A DNA stretch of 64,000 nt, taken from the IMG/VR virus record IMGVR_UViG_3300050013_000065, positions 11,484 through 75,483 of that record; one strand, written 5' to 3'. The notes beneath the pieces are model-generated. The model searched no databases, was not told the origin of the DNA, and was given only the letters and a program-made list of their open reading frames with translations. Positions 1-8,855 of this stretch are shown here, piece after piece. The DNA comes from a virus. The position numbers and the translations under genes are program-made. How positions within the stretch are numbered: the stretch's first letter is position 1; the number at the start of each line of letters is the position of its first letter.

Positions 1-2
1 TA

Positions 3-1283
3 AGGAAGCGACCGGGTGGCTTCGCCCGGCAGTTTGGCATGGAGACTGTTCTCTACGGGATCGAGGATATTGATCCTTTTGAGCCTATTTATCTAGTGTC
101 CGGAGAGTTCGACCGGGCAGTAATGAAACAAGCCGGGTTTCGTGCGGTCAGCCTAGCCTCAGATACGCATAAACCAACTCCCGAACAAAAAGACCAGTTG
201 ATGACTGCGAGTATGATAATCCTTGCCGGGGATACTGACACCGTCGGTTCCCAGACTATGGATCGTTTGTGGAAAGAGTTTGGAAACCACTCGTACAAAC
301 TAACTTGGCCAGACGGCTCCAAAGATGCCAACGATGTGTTTCTCAACGCCTGCGGACGCGACCTTTCAAAATTCAAGAATCTTGTAGACGAGTTAACGAG
401 TAAGGCTAAGTCACAGCCGATGCCTTCTGTATATTCCTTGCAGGAAACTATGCGGTCCGGAGATGACGCGGTTCTCTCTGATCACCCAGATAGAATGCGC
501 GCTCCGTGGCACGACGTGGACACAATGGTGAATATCATGCCGGGGGACGTGGTCGGAATCAATGCCACGAATAGTGGTATGGGCAAGAGCACTTTTGTGT
601 TACAATGGACTTTGTATAATGCCAGGAAGTACGGTCGGTCGTTTGTAAACTTCCAAGCCGAAATGCGTCCTGCTGAGATTGCTACAATGGTAACAGCGCA
701 GGTTCTCAGGAAAGATAGAAATTTTCTGACCGGCTCTGATAAGAAACAGGCCGCGAATGAGTTGGAAGGCGTGGAATATTACGTGGGGTTTGATCCAGTT
801 TTGAATGGCATCAACGCGGTCCTTGATCTACTTGAGGCTGCTATTAAACGTTTGTCGCCATATGGGGTCGTGTTGGATCACTTCCACCACCTGACCACGG
901 GAATGAACAACGAGACGCAGGTGCAGACAGCGGCAATGACCCGGATCAAGCAGATAGCTGAGACCTACAAGGTTGTGTTCTTTAACGTGGGTCAGCCCCG
1001 GAAGGCAACGCAGCAGACAAAGGGTAAGCAGATTCATCTGACAGATGCAAAAGGTTCCGGAGCTTGGGCGGACGCCTCAAACTCAGTGGTTACGATTCAC
1101 CGAGAACTAAACAAAGCAGACGACCCCACGATGACTAAGGGCGTATACGAAGATCGTACGCTCGTCAAGTTACTGAAAGGTAGATCAATGGGAACCGGAA
1201 ACTCGGCTTGCTATCTGACATCGTTTGGTGAGTTCGCCAGCTTTGAGCAAATCGATACAAACCACGAAAGTTACGAAGAATAA
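3..1283 (+). CDS. DNA primase-helicase (TOPRIM + SF4/DnaB-type helicase, T7 gp4/Twinkle-like), 5'-partial
   Basis: TOPRIM motifs (GEFD, LAGDTD, KDAND), Walker A GMGKST, Walker B VVLDHF, and KGSG. The frame is open to the window edge upstream of ATG 39. Confidence 0.88.
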   Translation, partial: RKRPGGFARQFGMETVLYGIEDIDPFEPIYLVSGEFDRAVMKQAGFRAVSLASDTHKPTPEQKDQLMTASMIILAGDTDTVGSQTMDRLWKEFGNHSYKLTWPDGSKDANDVFLNACGRDLSKFKNLVDELTSKAKSQPMPSVYSLQETMRSGDDAVLSDHPDRMRAPWHDVDTMVNIMPGDVVGINATNSGMGKSTFVLQWTLYNARKYGRSFVNFQAEMRPAEIATMVTAQVLRKDRNFLTGSDKKQAANELEGVEYYVGFDPVLNGINAVLDLLEAAIKRLSPYGVVLDHFHHLTTGMNNETQVQTAAMTRIKQIAETYKVVFFNVGQPRKATQQTKGKQIHLTDAKGSGAWADASNSVVTIHRELNKADDPTMTKGVYEDRTLVKLLKGRSMGTGNSACYLTSFGEFASFEQIDTNHESYEE

Positions 1284-2161
1284 TGACTAAAATTTGTTCG
1301 CTATGCCGCAAGGAAAAATCTCTAGAGGATTTTCACCGGGACAGTCAAGGCAAGTACGGAAGAAAGTCTAAATGCAAGGACTGCATCGCACAATACATGC
1401 TGAGCAGAAAGAATATCCCCGGAGTGCGCGAGTCCATATATCGCAATAGCAGAGCATACGACCGCAGAAACCCAGAAGCTAGAATGGCAAATTCGGCAAG
1501 AGAAAGATCAAAAAGGAACGGTACTCTTTGTACTATAGCTAAAAACGAAATAGTAATTCCTGACTTGTGCCCGATATTGGGCATTCCTCTCAAACGTGGA
1601 AATCGATCTTCACACGATGACGCTCCTAGTTTGGATAGAATTATTCCCGAGGAGGGGTACGTAGCAGGCAACGTGAACGTAGTATCCTACCGGGCCAATC
1701 GTCTGAAAAATAATGGAACGCCAGAGGAGCACCGTCTTATTGCCGCTTGGATGTCAAATTCAGGGTTTACAAGTCCAACCAAAAGTGAACAGATTTTAGA
1801 AAACTCCCAAAAGGAGATGTTTAACGCCTCCCGACAACGGGCAAGGAGACTGGGTCTTAATTTTGGAATACAAATAGGAGACATAAAAATCCCACGCGTA
1901 TGTCCTATATTAGGAATTCCACTAGAACCAGGAAAGGGTAGAGGTAGCAGACACGAGGGATCTCCAACACTAGACAGGACTGATCCAACAAAGGGATACA
2001 TTCAAGGAAACATTTCTGTTATTTCTTATCGGGCTAATCGCATCAAAAACGACGGCACCGCCGAGGAGCATTTAAAGATTGCGGATTGGATGGACAGTAT
2101 GTTACAATCCAAAGTGTTGGATATGAACCATGAAGAGGAGGACCCAAATGGGTTTGAATGA
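1283..2161 (+). CDS. Free-standing HNH-type homing endonuclease with N-terminal Zn finger and two tandem nuclease-like domains
   Basis: CxxC...CxxC N-terminus and two copies of CPILGIPL...P(S/T)LDR..P..GY..GN...(V/I)SYRAN..K. Paralog of 47850-48944. Confidence 0.8.
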   Translation: MTKICSLCRKEKSLEDFHRDSQGKYGRKSKCKDCIAQYMLSRKNIPGVRESIYRNSRAYDRRNPEARMANSARERSKRNGTLCTIAKNEIVIPDLCPILGIPLKRGNRSSHDDAPSLDRIIPEEGYVAGNVNVVSYRANRLKNNGTPEEHRLIAAWMSNSGFTSPTKSEQILENSQKEMFNASRQRARRLGLNFGIQIGDIKIPRVCPILGIPLEPGKGRGSRHEGSPTLDRTDPTKGYIQGNISVISYRANRIKNDGTAEEHLKIADWMDSMLQSKVLDMNHEEEDPNGFE

Positions 2162-3077
2162 GGATTTAGGAGATCGAGAAAACGTGGGCAACGCCTCTCT
2201 GTCTGCTCCGAAGATTGCTACGAAGACGGATGAACCCACGTATGAAGACCTTGTTGGGGAAGAAGTAGCACACGACGAGGACCTGGAGGAAGATGCAAAA
2301 CTCAAGGCCCACGACCTATTCCTCCGCCTTCAGAGTTCCTTTTCTGCCCCGAACTATATCACTCTGGAGGAGGTTCGAGACGCCACCGGGTTCGACGGAC
2401 AAAGAACAGCCGACGCAATGGCTATCTCGCTATACCGGAGTCGGGGAAAAGCTCTATGGGGGTTCGAATTCAAGGTGTCTCGGTCTGATTGGTTGCACGA
2501 GCTGAAGCAGCCAGAGAAGTCGGAATCGATTCTCAGGTTCTGCGACTACTGGGCGCTCGTAGTTCCAAATAAGGACCTCGTAAAGGTCGGGGAACTCCCC
2601 CCAACGTGGGGGATGTATGTGGCACAGAAGAACCGTTTGAAATGCGTTGTTCCTTGTCCGAAGCTAGATCCTGTCCCTCTAGATCGGATAATGCTTACCG
2701 CTTTGGCCTACGCAATTGACCGTCGTCAGGCTAAAGTGGACAAAGTAGCTTTGGATGCCGCCAGAGACGAAGGGTATAAACAAGGAGTATCCCGGTCCGG
2801 GTCCGACTACTACGAAAAGTCCTACAGAACTCTCTTGGGGAAAGTAGAAGAGTATGAAAAGGCGTCGGGACTCGACATTCGGTACGGATGGACTTCTCCG
2901 GACAAGATAGGGGGCATAGTTTCTCAGATTCTGTCCGGGGATAAAAACTTGAAGTCAATCCTGCACGATGTCCATTTCTCACTCAAAAGCAACGAAAGAC
3001 TCAAGACTCTGTTAGAGGAACAAGCAAAAGAACTAGAAGCGTTTTTGGGAAGAAAGTCAGAGGAGGAAACAGAATGA
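2148..3077 (+). CDS. PD-(D/E)XK fold nuclease-like protein (MmcB-like)
   Basis: ADAMA...GFEFKVSRSDWLHELKQPEK motif; GAGGAG RBS before ATG 2148. Confidence 0.65.
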   Translation: MGLNEDLGDRENVGNASLSAPKIATKTDEPTYEDLVGEEVAHDEDLEEDAKLKAHDLFLRLQSSFSAPNYITLEEVRDATGFDGQRTADAMAISLYRSRGKALWGFEFKVSRSDWLHELKQPEKSESILRFCDYWALVVPNKDLVKVGELPPTWGMYVAQKNRLKCVVPCPKLDPVPLDRIMLTALAYAIDRRQAKVDKVALDAARDEGYKQGVSRSGSDYYEKSYRTLLGKVEEYEKASGLDIRYGWTSPDKIGGIVSQILSGDKNLKSILHDVHFSLKSNERLKTLLEEQAKELEAFLGRKSEEETE

Positions 3078-3253
3078 CATCAGCTCGAATTATTAAAGCC
3101 TCAGACACAGCGAATGAGTACACCCGTTTGGAAGATATTAAGGCCGACTCCACCCGCGTTGGCCTCAAGATTTACGGGTGGGCGAATGGCAGGTTTTACG
3201 AGGTTTTCCCGGGCGGTCGCACCATTGAGTACACAGACTTGAGGGAGGAATAA
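3074..3253 (+). CDS. Small hypothetical protein (59 aa)
   Basis: AGGAGG RBS, ATGA overlap with the upstream stop, and it fills the gap to the next gene. Confidence 0.6.
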   Translation: MTSARIIKASDTANEYTRLEDIKADSTRVGLKIYGWANGRFYEVFPGGRTIEYTDLREE

Positions 3254-4333
3254 TTGAACATCGCAGCCACAGAACTAAAGAAAGCTCTTCGGGTTTTTGC
3301 GCCAGTTCGAACCGAGTTCTACCAAATCGGGGAGCACGGAATTTCTGCCCAGGACTCCGACATCTGGGTAGTATCCGAAAGTCCATTATCCGGACTAGGG
3401 GGAATTTTCTCGGTCAACGGTAAGAAGCTGTCCCAAGTCGTAGGTCGAATGTCCGGGCAAGTTGAGATCACCAAAGAGGAGAAGCTCCTGTCTCTGAAGT
3501 CGGCGCGCGCGAAGATCGAGTTGGAAATCCAGGACATCAAGCCTCTCAAGATCCCCGATCCCCCCGCCAAGGTCCTGGAACTGGCTTCTGTCGATCTCAA
3601 GAAAGCTTTGTCGATAGCTGTTGCTTCGGCCTCCCCCAATAAGGCTTCAGCGTTCGGGGGTGTTGTCCTGCTCCAGAGCCTGCCTTTGGGAATCGAGGAG
3701 GGGTCTCCATCCGGCTATCGAATTGTGGGGACAGACGCGAACGTTCTCACCGTAGCCACCGTGGGAAACTCAGTCCAGTTTGAGTTCAAGATGACGTTGA
3801 ACCTTCCGGCGGCTGCGATAGTCCAGATAATGGACGGTACGATCTCCCTCGGAGAATCAAATACGCATCTGTACGCTCAGTCGGGGGGAATCCGTGTGTT
3901 CGCCTCCAAGCCGACCCAGACGTTCCCGAATTTTGACAGCCTTTTGTCCGTTCCTTCGAAGCTGAAGTTCGGATTCAAGACCGAGGAGTGGGTATCAGCT
4001 CTCCGCACAGTCGAGACTCTGATCGAAGAATCTGTCGATCAAGGAGGAATCGATTTACAATTCGCCGAAGGTGTGGTACAATGGAACAATACTGGAGTAG
4101 GGTCAACAGCGTCAGACGAAGCGCCCTACGAACAGATTGACCCAGACCCGCTATTTCAGCCGGTAACTGTTTCGAATCTTAGGGTTAAGGCCAAGTACCT
4201 GTCCGGATTCTTGGCGAAGGCTGGGGAAGAATCTACTTTGGGGCTGGTAGACAAGAATAAACCGATCCGACTGGAATCCGGAAATATGACTACTTTGGTA
4301 ATGCCTATGGCAGGGAAGAAGGAGACGAAGTAA
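3254..4333 (+). CDS. dnaN: DNA polymerase III beta-type sliding clamp
   Basis: 359 aa; IVGTDANVL (ATDGHRL-like), FPNF and C-terminal LVMPM are typical of beta clamps. TTG start after GGAGG. Confidence 0.78.
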   Translation: MNIAATELKKALRVFAPVRTEFYQIGEHGISAQDSDIWVVSESPLSGLGGIFSVNGKKLSQVVGRMSGQVEITKEEKLLSLKSARAKIELEIQDIKPLKIPDPPAKVLELASVDLKKALSIAVASASPNKASAFGGVVLLQSLPLGIEEGSPSGYRIVGTDANVLTVATVGNSVQFEFKMTLNLPAAAIVQIMDGTISLGESNTHLYAQSGGIRVFASKPTQTFPNFDSLLSVPSKLKFGFKTEEWVSALRTVETLIEESVDQGGIDLQFAEGVVQWNNTGVGSTASDEAPYEQIDPDPLFQPVTVSNLRVKAKYLSGFLAKAGEESTLGLVDKNKPIRLESGNMTTLVMPMAGKKETK

Positions 4334-5052
4334 TGGACGAAATCCAGACAACACCTTCCTACCTGCCCCCTCTAAACCAAGAGGATGCTCTCGTAAAAGG
4401 CAAGGAAATTGACGCACTCATTGGGCAAATCTGCTCCCACGAGGAGAGGCTTTCCCATTCCTACGCGCGCCTCGGGTCCCTACTCCGGGAGGTAAAGCTC
4501 CAGCAGTACTGGATTGCGTACGGTTTTGACCGATTTTCTTCCTACTTGGAGACGGTTCGTGAAAAAATAGATAGACGCCGGTCACAATTGTATGCTATAC
4601 TGTCTGTAGCTGAAGTTTTGCTTCCGCATATTTCTGAGTCCAAGTTGGAAGAGATTGGAATCACTAAAGCTCATGAATTGAGACGGTTGGTTCAGAACGA
4701 TGGAAATGTGCACGCGGAAGTTTTGGACCCGGATAACCAGACAGAAGATACCTGCGGGACTGTCCGGATAATGGACTACGCTCTACGCCCCAAGGTAACA
4801 GCAGCACAACTTCGGGTTAAGGTAAACGAGCTTCTTCATATTCACGAACTTCCGTCCGGGCTCTGGCTGGAGCTTCCCGGGTTCTACGCTACGCCAGACG
4901 AGAGAAAAGAAATCGATGAGTTCTGGAAGTTGGGGAAACAAGTTTTGGAGATCACGTCCGAGTCAGAACACGAAGTTCACAAAGAGGTGTTCTTGGCAGC
5001 TATTCGCGAGTGTGTAAGTTCGTGGATTCCTTTACTACAGGAAGAAAAATGA
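4333..5052 (+). CDS. Hypothetical protein, possibly DNA-binding
   Basis: 239-aa ORF with TAATG coupling to dnaN. Confidence 0.7.
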   Translation: MDEIQTTPSYLPPLNQEDALVKGKEIDALIGQICSHEERLSHSYARLGSLLREVKLQQYWIAYGFDRFSSYLETVREKIDRRRSQLYAILSVAEVLLPHISESKLEEIGITKAHELRRLVQNDGNVHAEVLDPDNQTEDTCGTVRIMDYALRPKVTAAQLRVKVNELLHIHELPSGLWLELPGFYATPDERKEIDEFWKLGKQVLEITSESEHEVHKEVFLAAIRECVSSWIPLLQEEK

Positions 5053-5255
5053 TTATTTTGGAAAAGCGGTGTCACAAATGTGGGGATACCAAAGATGCCT
5101 CGTTTTTTAACAAAGATAAAAGCTCTAAGGACGCCCTGAGCCGAGAATTTCCTCCGGACTACCAACTACTGTGCTGCAATTGCAATCGCTCAAAACACTG
5201 GGGAAATGGTATTTGTATTCACCAGCGAGAAGAAAAGGAGTCTAATGCCGAGTAA
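5049..5255 (+). pseudogene. Internally deleted HNH endonuclease remnant
   Basis: The N-terminal Zn-finger half (KRCHKCGDTK...FNKDKSSKD) is fused directly to a C-terminal FP..YQLLCCNCNRSK..G.C.HQ, with the middle missing. Confidence 0.5.
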
Positions 5256-5610
5256 AACAGTCCGCGTAGAACTCGGAGAAACCGGTCTCCCGATCCGCAT
5301 ATTCCGGGATAAGCAATGGTTAAACTACCCTACGGTAGAAATGACCAAGGCCAAAGCGGTGGGGGGAATTCGAAAGCAAGTATTTCGTAGATGTTGGAAT
5401 CCATTATCTGGAAACTTCGAATGCGAAAAGTGTGGACGAACAATCACTTGGACTTCTGGAGAAATGAACGAGAAAATCGCGAAGGGTTCTGGTGGGGAAG
5501 TAAGTTTGAGCAACTGTGAAGCGTTATGTCACAGTTGTCACACAGGAAGTCCGGATTCCGCTCACGGAGACCGGAGATGGCAAACAGCAAAATTGAGTCC
5601 GAAGGAATAA
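5245..5610 (+). CDS. HNH-family nuclease-like protein
   Basis: CEKCG...GSGGEVSLSNCEALCHSCH. The usual first His position reads NE. Confidence 0.65.
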   Translation: MPSKTVRVELGETGLPIRIFRDKQWLNYPTVEMTKAKAVGGIRKQVFRRCWNPLSGNFECEKCGRTITWTSGEMNEKIAKGSGGEVSLSNCEALCHSCHTGSPDSAHGDRRWQTAKLSPKE

Positions 5611-5612
5611 CA

Positions 5613-6131
5613 ATGGACGTTCTTAAATACAAATCGGTAATCAAGCAGGTTTTGTCCGAGCTTAAAATCCCCGCAGATCAGAGGGAAGACATGAGCCAGG
5701 AGTGTTACGTAGCCTTGCTTGAAAAGCAGTCTCACATTGAAAAACGGATTGAAGCCAAAGAGGACTACAAATATGTAGCCCAAATCTGTCGGAGAAAGAT
5801 CATGTATCTTTGGAGGACGGGGCAACACCCTCAGAGGACCAAGGAAAACCCGGGGCCGAGGTTGGTGTCTCTTTCTTTGCCCAAGATCATGCACCAAGTA
5901 GAAAAGATACCTCAACCGACCGCCGAAGTTTCGGACGAGGAGCTATACGGAGCGATTGATAGCCTTCCCCTGGATGAATACCGAGTAATTTACAACGTGT
6001 TTGTGGATGGGAAATCACAGCGAGAGACCGCCGGAGATTTTGGAATCAGCCGCCGACAGGTGGCAAATTTAGCGGATCGCGGGATCAAAAATCTGAAGAA
6101 GTATTTTGAGGTAGAAGATGGCCAAGATTGA
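5613..6131 (+). CDS. Sigma-70 family (ECF-like) RNA polymerase sigma factor
   Basis: Region 2-like REDMSQECYVALL and region 4 HTH AIDSLP..EYRVI...FVDGKSQRETA..FGISRRQV...RGIKNLK. Confidence 0.75.
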   Translation: MDVLKYKSVIKQVLSELKIPADQREDMSQECYVALLEKQSHIEKRIEAKEDYKYVAQICRRKIMYLWRTGQHPQRTKENPGPRLVSLSLPKIMHQVEKIPQPTAEVSDEELYGAIDSLPLDEYRVIYNVFVDGKSQRETAGDFGISRRQVANLADRGIKNLKKYFEVEDGQD

Positions 6132-6390
6132 AGGTAGAGGAACTCTAAAAGCCGAAGTGGTCCTAGTTCTGTCTGAGGAAGAGGCGGGAGCCTTGGACGC
6201 CTTAGCGGGATACGGAGACGATTCGTTCATCGAATGCTTTTACAAACACATGGGGAGGGTATATCTAGAGCCCTACGAGAGGGGCCTACGCAGTCTGCTC
6301 AAGTCGGTCAGAACCGGAGAGGGATGTGTATCTTCTATTTTAGGCCGGGCTCAAAAGGCTAGGCGTATATTCTATGGGGAGGAAAAGTAA
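6118..6390 (+). CDS. Hypothetical protein
   Basis: GAGG RBS; packed within the operon. Confidence 0.65.
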   Translation: MAKIEGRGTLKAEVVLVLSEEEAGALDALAGYGDDSFIECFYKHMGRVYLEPYERGLRSLLKSVRTGEGCVSSILGRAQKARRIFYGEEK

Positions 6391-6710
6391 TGGGAATCCG
6401 AAACACAGTCGAAATTATTTGTGATTATCCCGAATGTAAAGCTGGACAAAACGGCAAACCCGTGGTATACTCTTGGTGTAAGGATGATGTTGAGAGCGGA
6501 AAAGCACAAGCCCCTCCCGAAGCTCAGTATTTAGTAATCTTCAACCAGGGAGGAGTTACGAAGTCCTTCTGCTGTCAGTTACACGCTGCGAGGTATTTTC
6601 TGCCGCCTGGGTACGATATCAAGCAGACCCCGGTGGTGGACATTTCAACGCGAAAGCCCGTCGAACCTTGGACGGAACCAATTCCAGATAATGGACAGGA
6701 GGGCCAGTGA
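6390..6710 (+). CDS. Hypothetical Cys-rich protein
   Basis: CDYPEC...FCCQLH; TAATG coupling. Confidence 0.65.
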   Translation: MGIRNTVEIICDYPECKAGQNGKPVVYSWCKDDVESGKAQAPPEAQYLVIFNQGGVTKSFCCQLHAARYFLPPGYDIKQTPVVDISTRKPVEPWTEPIPDNGQEGQ

Positions 6711-7078
6711 CCGGAACAGACTTTAAACAAAGCCAAGTAGCCCTTGCTTGTTGGCGCGCGGCCAAGACAGAACTCCACCAGACAATGCTGGCGGTCTGTC
6801 AGGTGTTCATGAATCGAGCAGCCGCCGGATGGTATGACGGAGACCTATACGAAAACTGCTGTATGTGGCTATCTGAGAATCCCGGCGAGTACCCGGACCC
6901 ACGCGACCCTCAATTTCAACAACTGCTGTCCCGGATTGAATCAGTAACTTCAAAGCTGGTGTCAGATGTGACGGGAGGGGCTATCTACTTTACCCCCAAA
7001 TCCGAACTAGACGAGGAGACTCTGCCCAAACGGTACAGCATAACTACTACCATTGGAAATATGGTATTCATCAAGTAG
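6707..7078 (+). CDS. Cell wall hydrolase (SleB/Hydrolase_2)-like protein, probably lacking the catalytic Glu
   Basis: ALACWRAAKTE..MLAVCQVFMNR, DVTGGAIYF and IGNMVFIK match the SleB pattern, but EARGE reads AAKTE. Confidence 0.6.
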   Translation: MTGTDFKQSQVALACWRAAKTELHQTMLAVCQVFMNRAAAGWYDGDLYENCCMWLSENPGEYPDPRDPQFQQLLSRIESVTSKLVSDVTGGAIYFTPKSELDEETLPKRYSITTTIGNMVFIK

Positions 7079-7086
7079 GAGGTAAC

Positions 7087-7248
7087 ATGACCAGGAAAAG
7101 ACTGACTGTCAAAGAGCTGTATGAAAAGATGGAGGAGATTCACTCCGCTTTGGACTCCTCCGAAGTTTACCACTTTGGATTGTGGGAGGCGATTGCCGGA
7201 CTTATGGTAGGACTCTCAATTGGGTATACTCTTGCGAGGATATTCTAG
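7087..7248 (+). CDS. Small membrane protein (53 aa)
   Basis: AGGAGG RBS; hydrophobic C-terminus. Confidence 0.55.
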   Translation: MTRKRLTVKELYEKMEEIHSALDSSEVYHFGLWEAIAGLMVGLSIGYTLARIF

Positions 7249-7415
7249 TGAGCCCCGTATACAATTACCAGTGCGTAGAGTGCGGGGAGAAGTTCGAGAA
7301 GCTGGTCAAGAAGGACACCAAACCTCCCCGATGTCCAACTTGCGACAAACCGACTCAGCAGATTTGGAGTGTACCGGCGGTCGCGGTTTGGAAATGCAGT
7401 AAGGGAAGTTTATGA
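7248..7415 (+). CDS. FmdB-family zinc ribbon protein
   Basis: PVYNYQCVECGEKFEKL...CPTCD; GTG start after GAGG. Confidence 0.7.
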   Translation: MSPVYNYQCVECGEKFEKLVKKDTKPPRCPTCDKPTQQIWSVPAVAVWKCSKGSL

Positions 7416-7882
7416 CACGAAAAGCAAAGCCGAAGACTAAAGTGCAGCTTGACAAAGCCGCCGACCAGAGACTCCAAAAGACGTATAATATCACTCTTCG
7501 AGAGTACGAGGAGATGGCCAAGAGGAACAATAGATGCTGCTGGGTGAGTGGGAAACCGGCAGGAACCCGTCGTCTGCACGTCGATCACGATCATGCGTGG
7601 AAGAAGGTCAAGATCGAGACCGTCAAGGTAAACGGATTGTGGGCGGCGGCGGCTCTCTACAACGAGAGAGAGTATGTTGGTGTAAATTCCAAAAAGTCTT
7701 TGGCGGTTCTCCAAGTGAAACGTCAACTGCTGCGCGCCAGTGTCCGGGGGTTGCTTTCATATCAAATCAATGCCGGGTTACAAAAATTCGCGGATGATCC
7801 GATTCTACTGAGGGCGGCTGCTGACTACCTCGAAAACTTTCAGAAAGGAAGTCCATTATCTGGACAGGAGAAAAATGACTAA
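7412..7882 (+). CDS. Endonuclease VII-like protein (atypical)
   Basis: YNITLREYEEM...LHVDHDH...VRGLL...N.GL..F.DDP..LRAAADYL, with several Zn-ligand Cys replaced. Confidence 0.7.
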   Translation: MTRKAKPKTKVQLDKAADQRLQKTYNITLREYEEMAKRNNRCCWVSGKPAGTRRLHVDHDHAWKKVKIETVKVNGLWAAAALYNEREYVGVNSKKSLAVLQVKRQLLRASVRGLLSYQINAGLQKFADDPILLRAAADYLENFQKGSPLSGQEKND

Positions 7883-8027
7883 ACCGGTTTCAGAATATGC
7901 AACACCTCGCAAGTGCTCCGTTTGCCAGCAACCAGCAACCGTCTGGAGTTTCAAGTCGGACAAAAAGGGAGGTATCAATCTATCCTCTCGTTCCGCTCGG
8001 TGCGAAGAGCACAAGGAGACAGCATGA
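7875..8027 (+). CDS. Small hypothetical protein (50 aa)
   Basis: AGGAG RBS; CSVC...CEEH. Confidence 0.5.
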   Translation: MTKPVSEYATPRKCSVCQQPATVWSFKSDKKGGINLSSRSARCEEHKETA

Positions 8028-8233
8028 GCAACGTAACAGTAAATTCTTACCGAGGAATGGGTCTCGGCGGATGGCTTACCCTGATCTTCGTTACTCTCAA
8101 GCTGGTGGGGTTTATTACGTGGAGTTGGTGGTGGGTACTAATCCCCCTCTGGATCGGGGCGGGCATCTTCCTCGCTGTTTTCCTCTTCATTCTTCTGCTG
8201 GCGTTTGTCGTTTCCTTTGCGGAGATCCTATGA
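8024..8233 (+). CDS. Small phage membrane protein
   Basis: LTLIFVTLKLVGFITWSWWWVLIPLW, a common phage transmembrane motif; AAGGAG RBS. Confidence 0.7.
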   Translation: MSNVTVNSYRGMGLGGWLTLIFVTLKLVGFITWSWWWVLIPLWIGAGIFLAVFLFILLLAFVVSFAEIL

Positions 8234-8409
8234 CACACGAAATCAAACTCGAACGCCGAACGGTAGAAGCCATCCTGGCCTCTGTATTTGGGGCGGCGGC
8301 GGTAGAAGCCTTTATCCAACGTTCTTGGCTGCTGGGCGGGTTCTCCGCGCTAGTAGGCGTAGCTCTCTTGATTACTGAGAAGGCTGATATTGAAGAGGAG
8401 GAAGCATGA
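8230..8409 (+). CDS. Small membrane protein
   Basis: Two hydrophobic segments; ATGA overlap. Confidence 0.5.
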   Translation: MTHEIKLERRTVEAILASVFGAAAVEAFIQRSWLLGGFSALVGVALLITEKADIEEEEA

Positions 8410-8855
8410 GTTGGTTCAAACCTGCCCCACCCAAACCCGATCCAGAGGTAACCTACCGAATTGGATTTGCCTGCGCTAACGGGCATGTTCAATCTGTTTC
8501 ATGGAAACAATCTATCGAGTCCGAGAAAGAAGAGGTGTGTTTGACTTGCGGACTGCGCTCTGCTGTGGCCGTCATTAAAAGGACATTCGAACCTTATTTG
8601 GTAGGTTTCTTTGCAGAGCGTTGGATCACAAGCTCCTGGTTGAGCATGACCGATGAATTTGTCCATTATCTGGACGAAGACTCTAACGTAAAACTCTCGG
8701 AAGAAATACTCACCAAGCTCAAAGTTCGAGCGGCCCGAGATATGACTCGACAAATTTCCACTGAAGAGCTTCATACATACTCTTTGGGGCTACAAGACGG
8801 GGAGACAATGACCGCTTTATGGCTGCTGGGCGAGATTCAAAAGGAGACTAAGTAA
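8406..8855 (+). CDS. Hypothetical protein
   Basis: GAGGAGG RBS; CxxGH and CxxC motifs. Confidence 0.65.
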   Translation: MSWFKPAPPKPDPEVTYRIGFACANGHVQSVSWKQSIESEKEEVCLTCGLRSAVAVIKRTFEPYLVGFFAERWITSSWLSMTDEFVHYLDEDSNVKLSEEILTKLKVRAARDMTRQISTEELHTYSLGLQDGETMTALWLLGEIQKETK

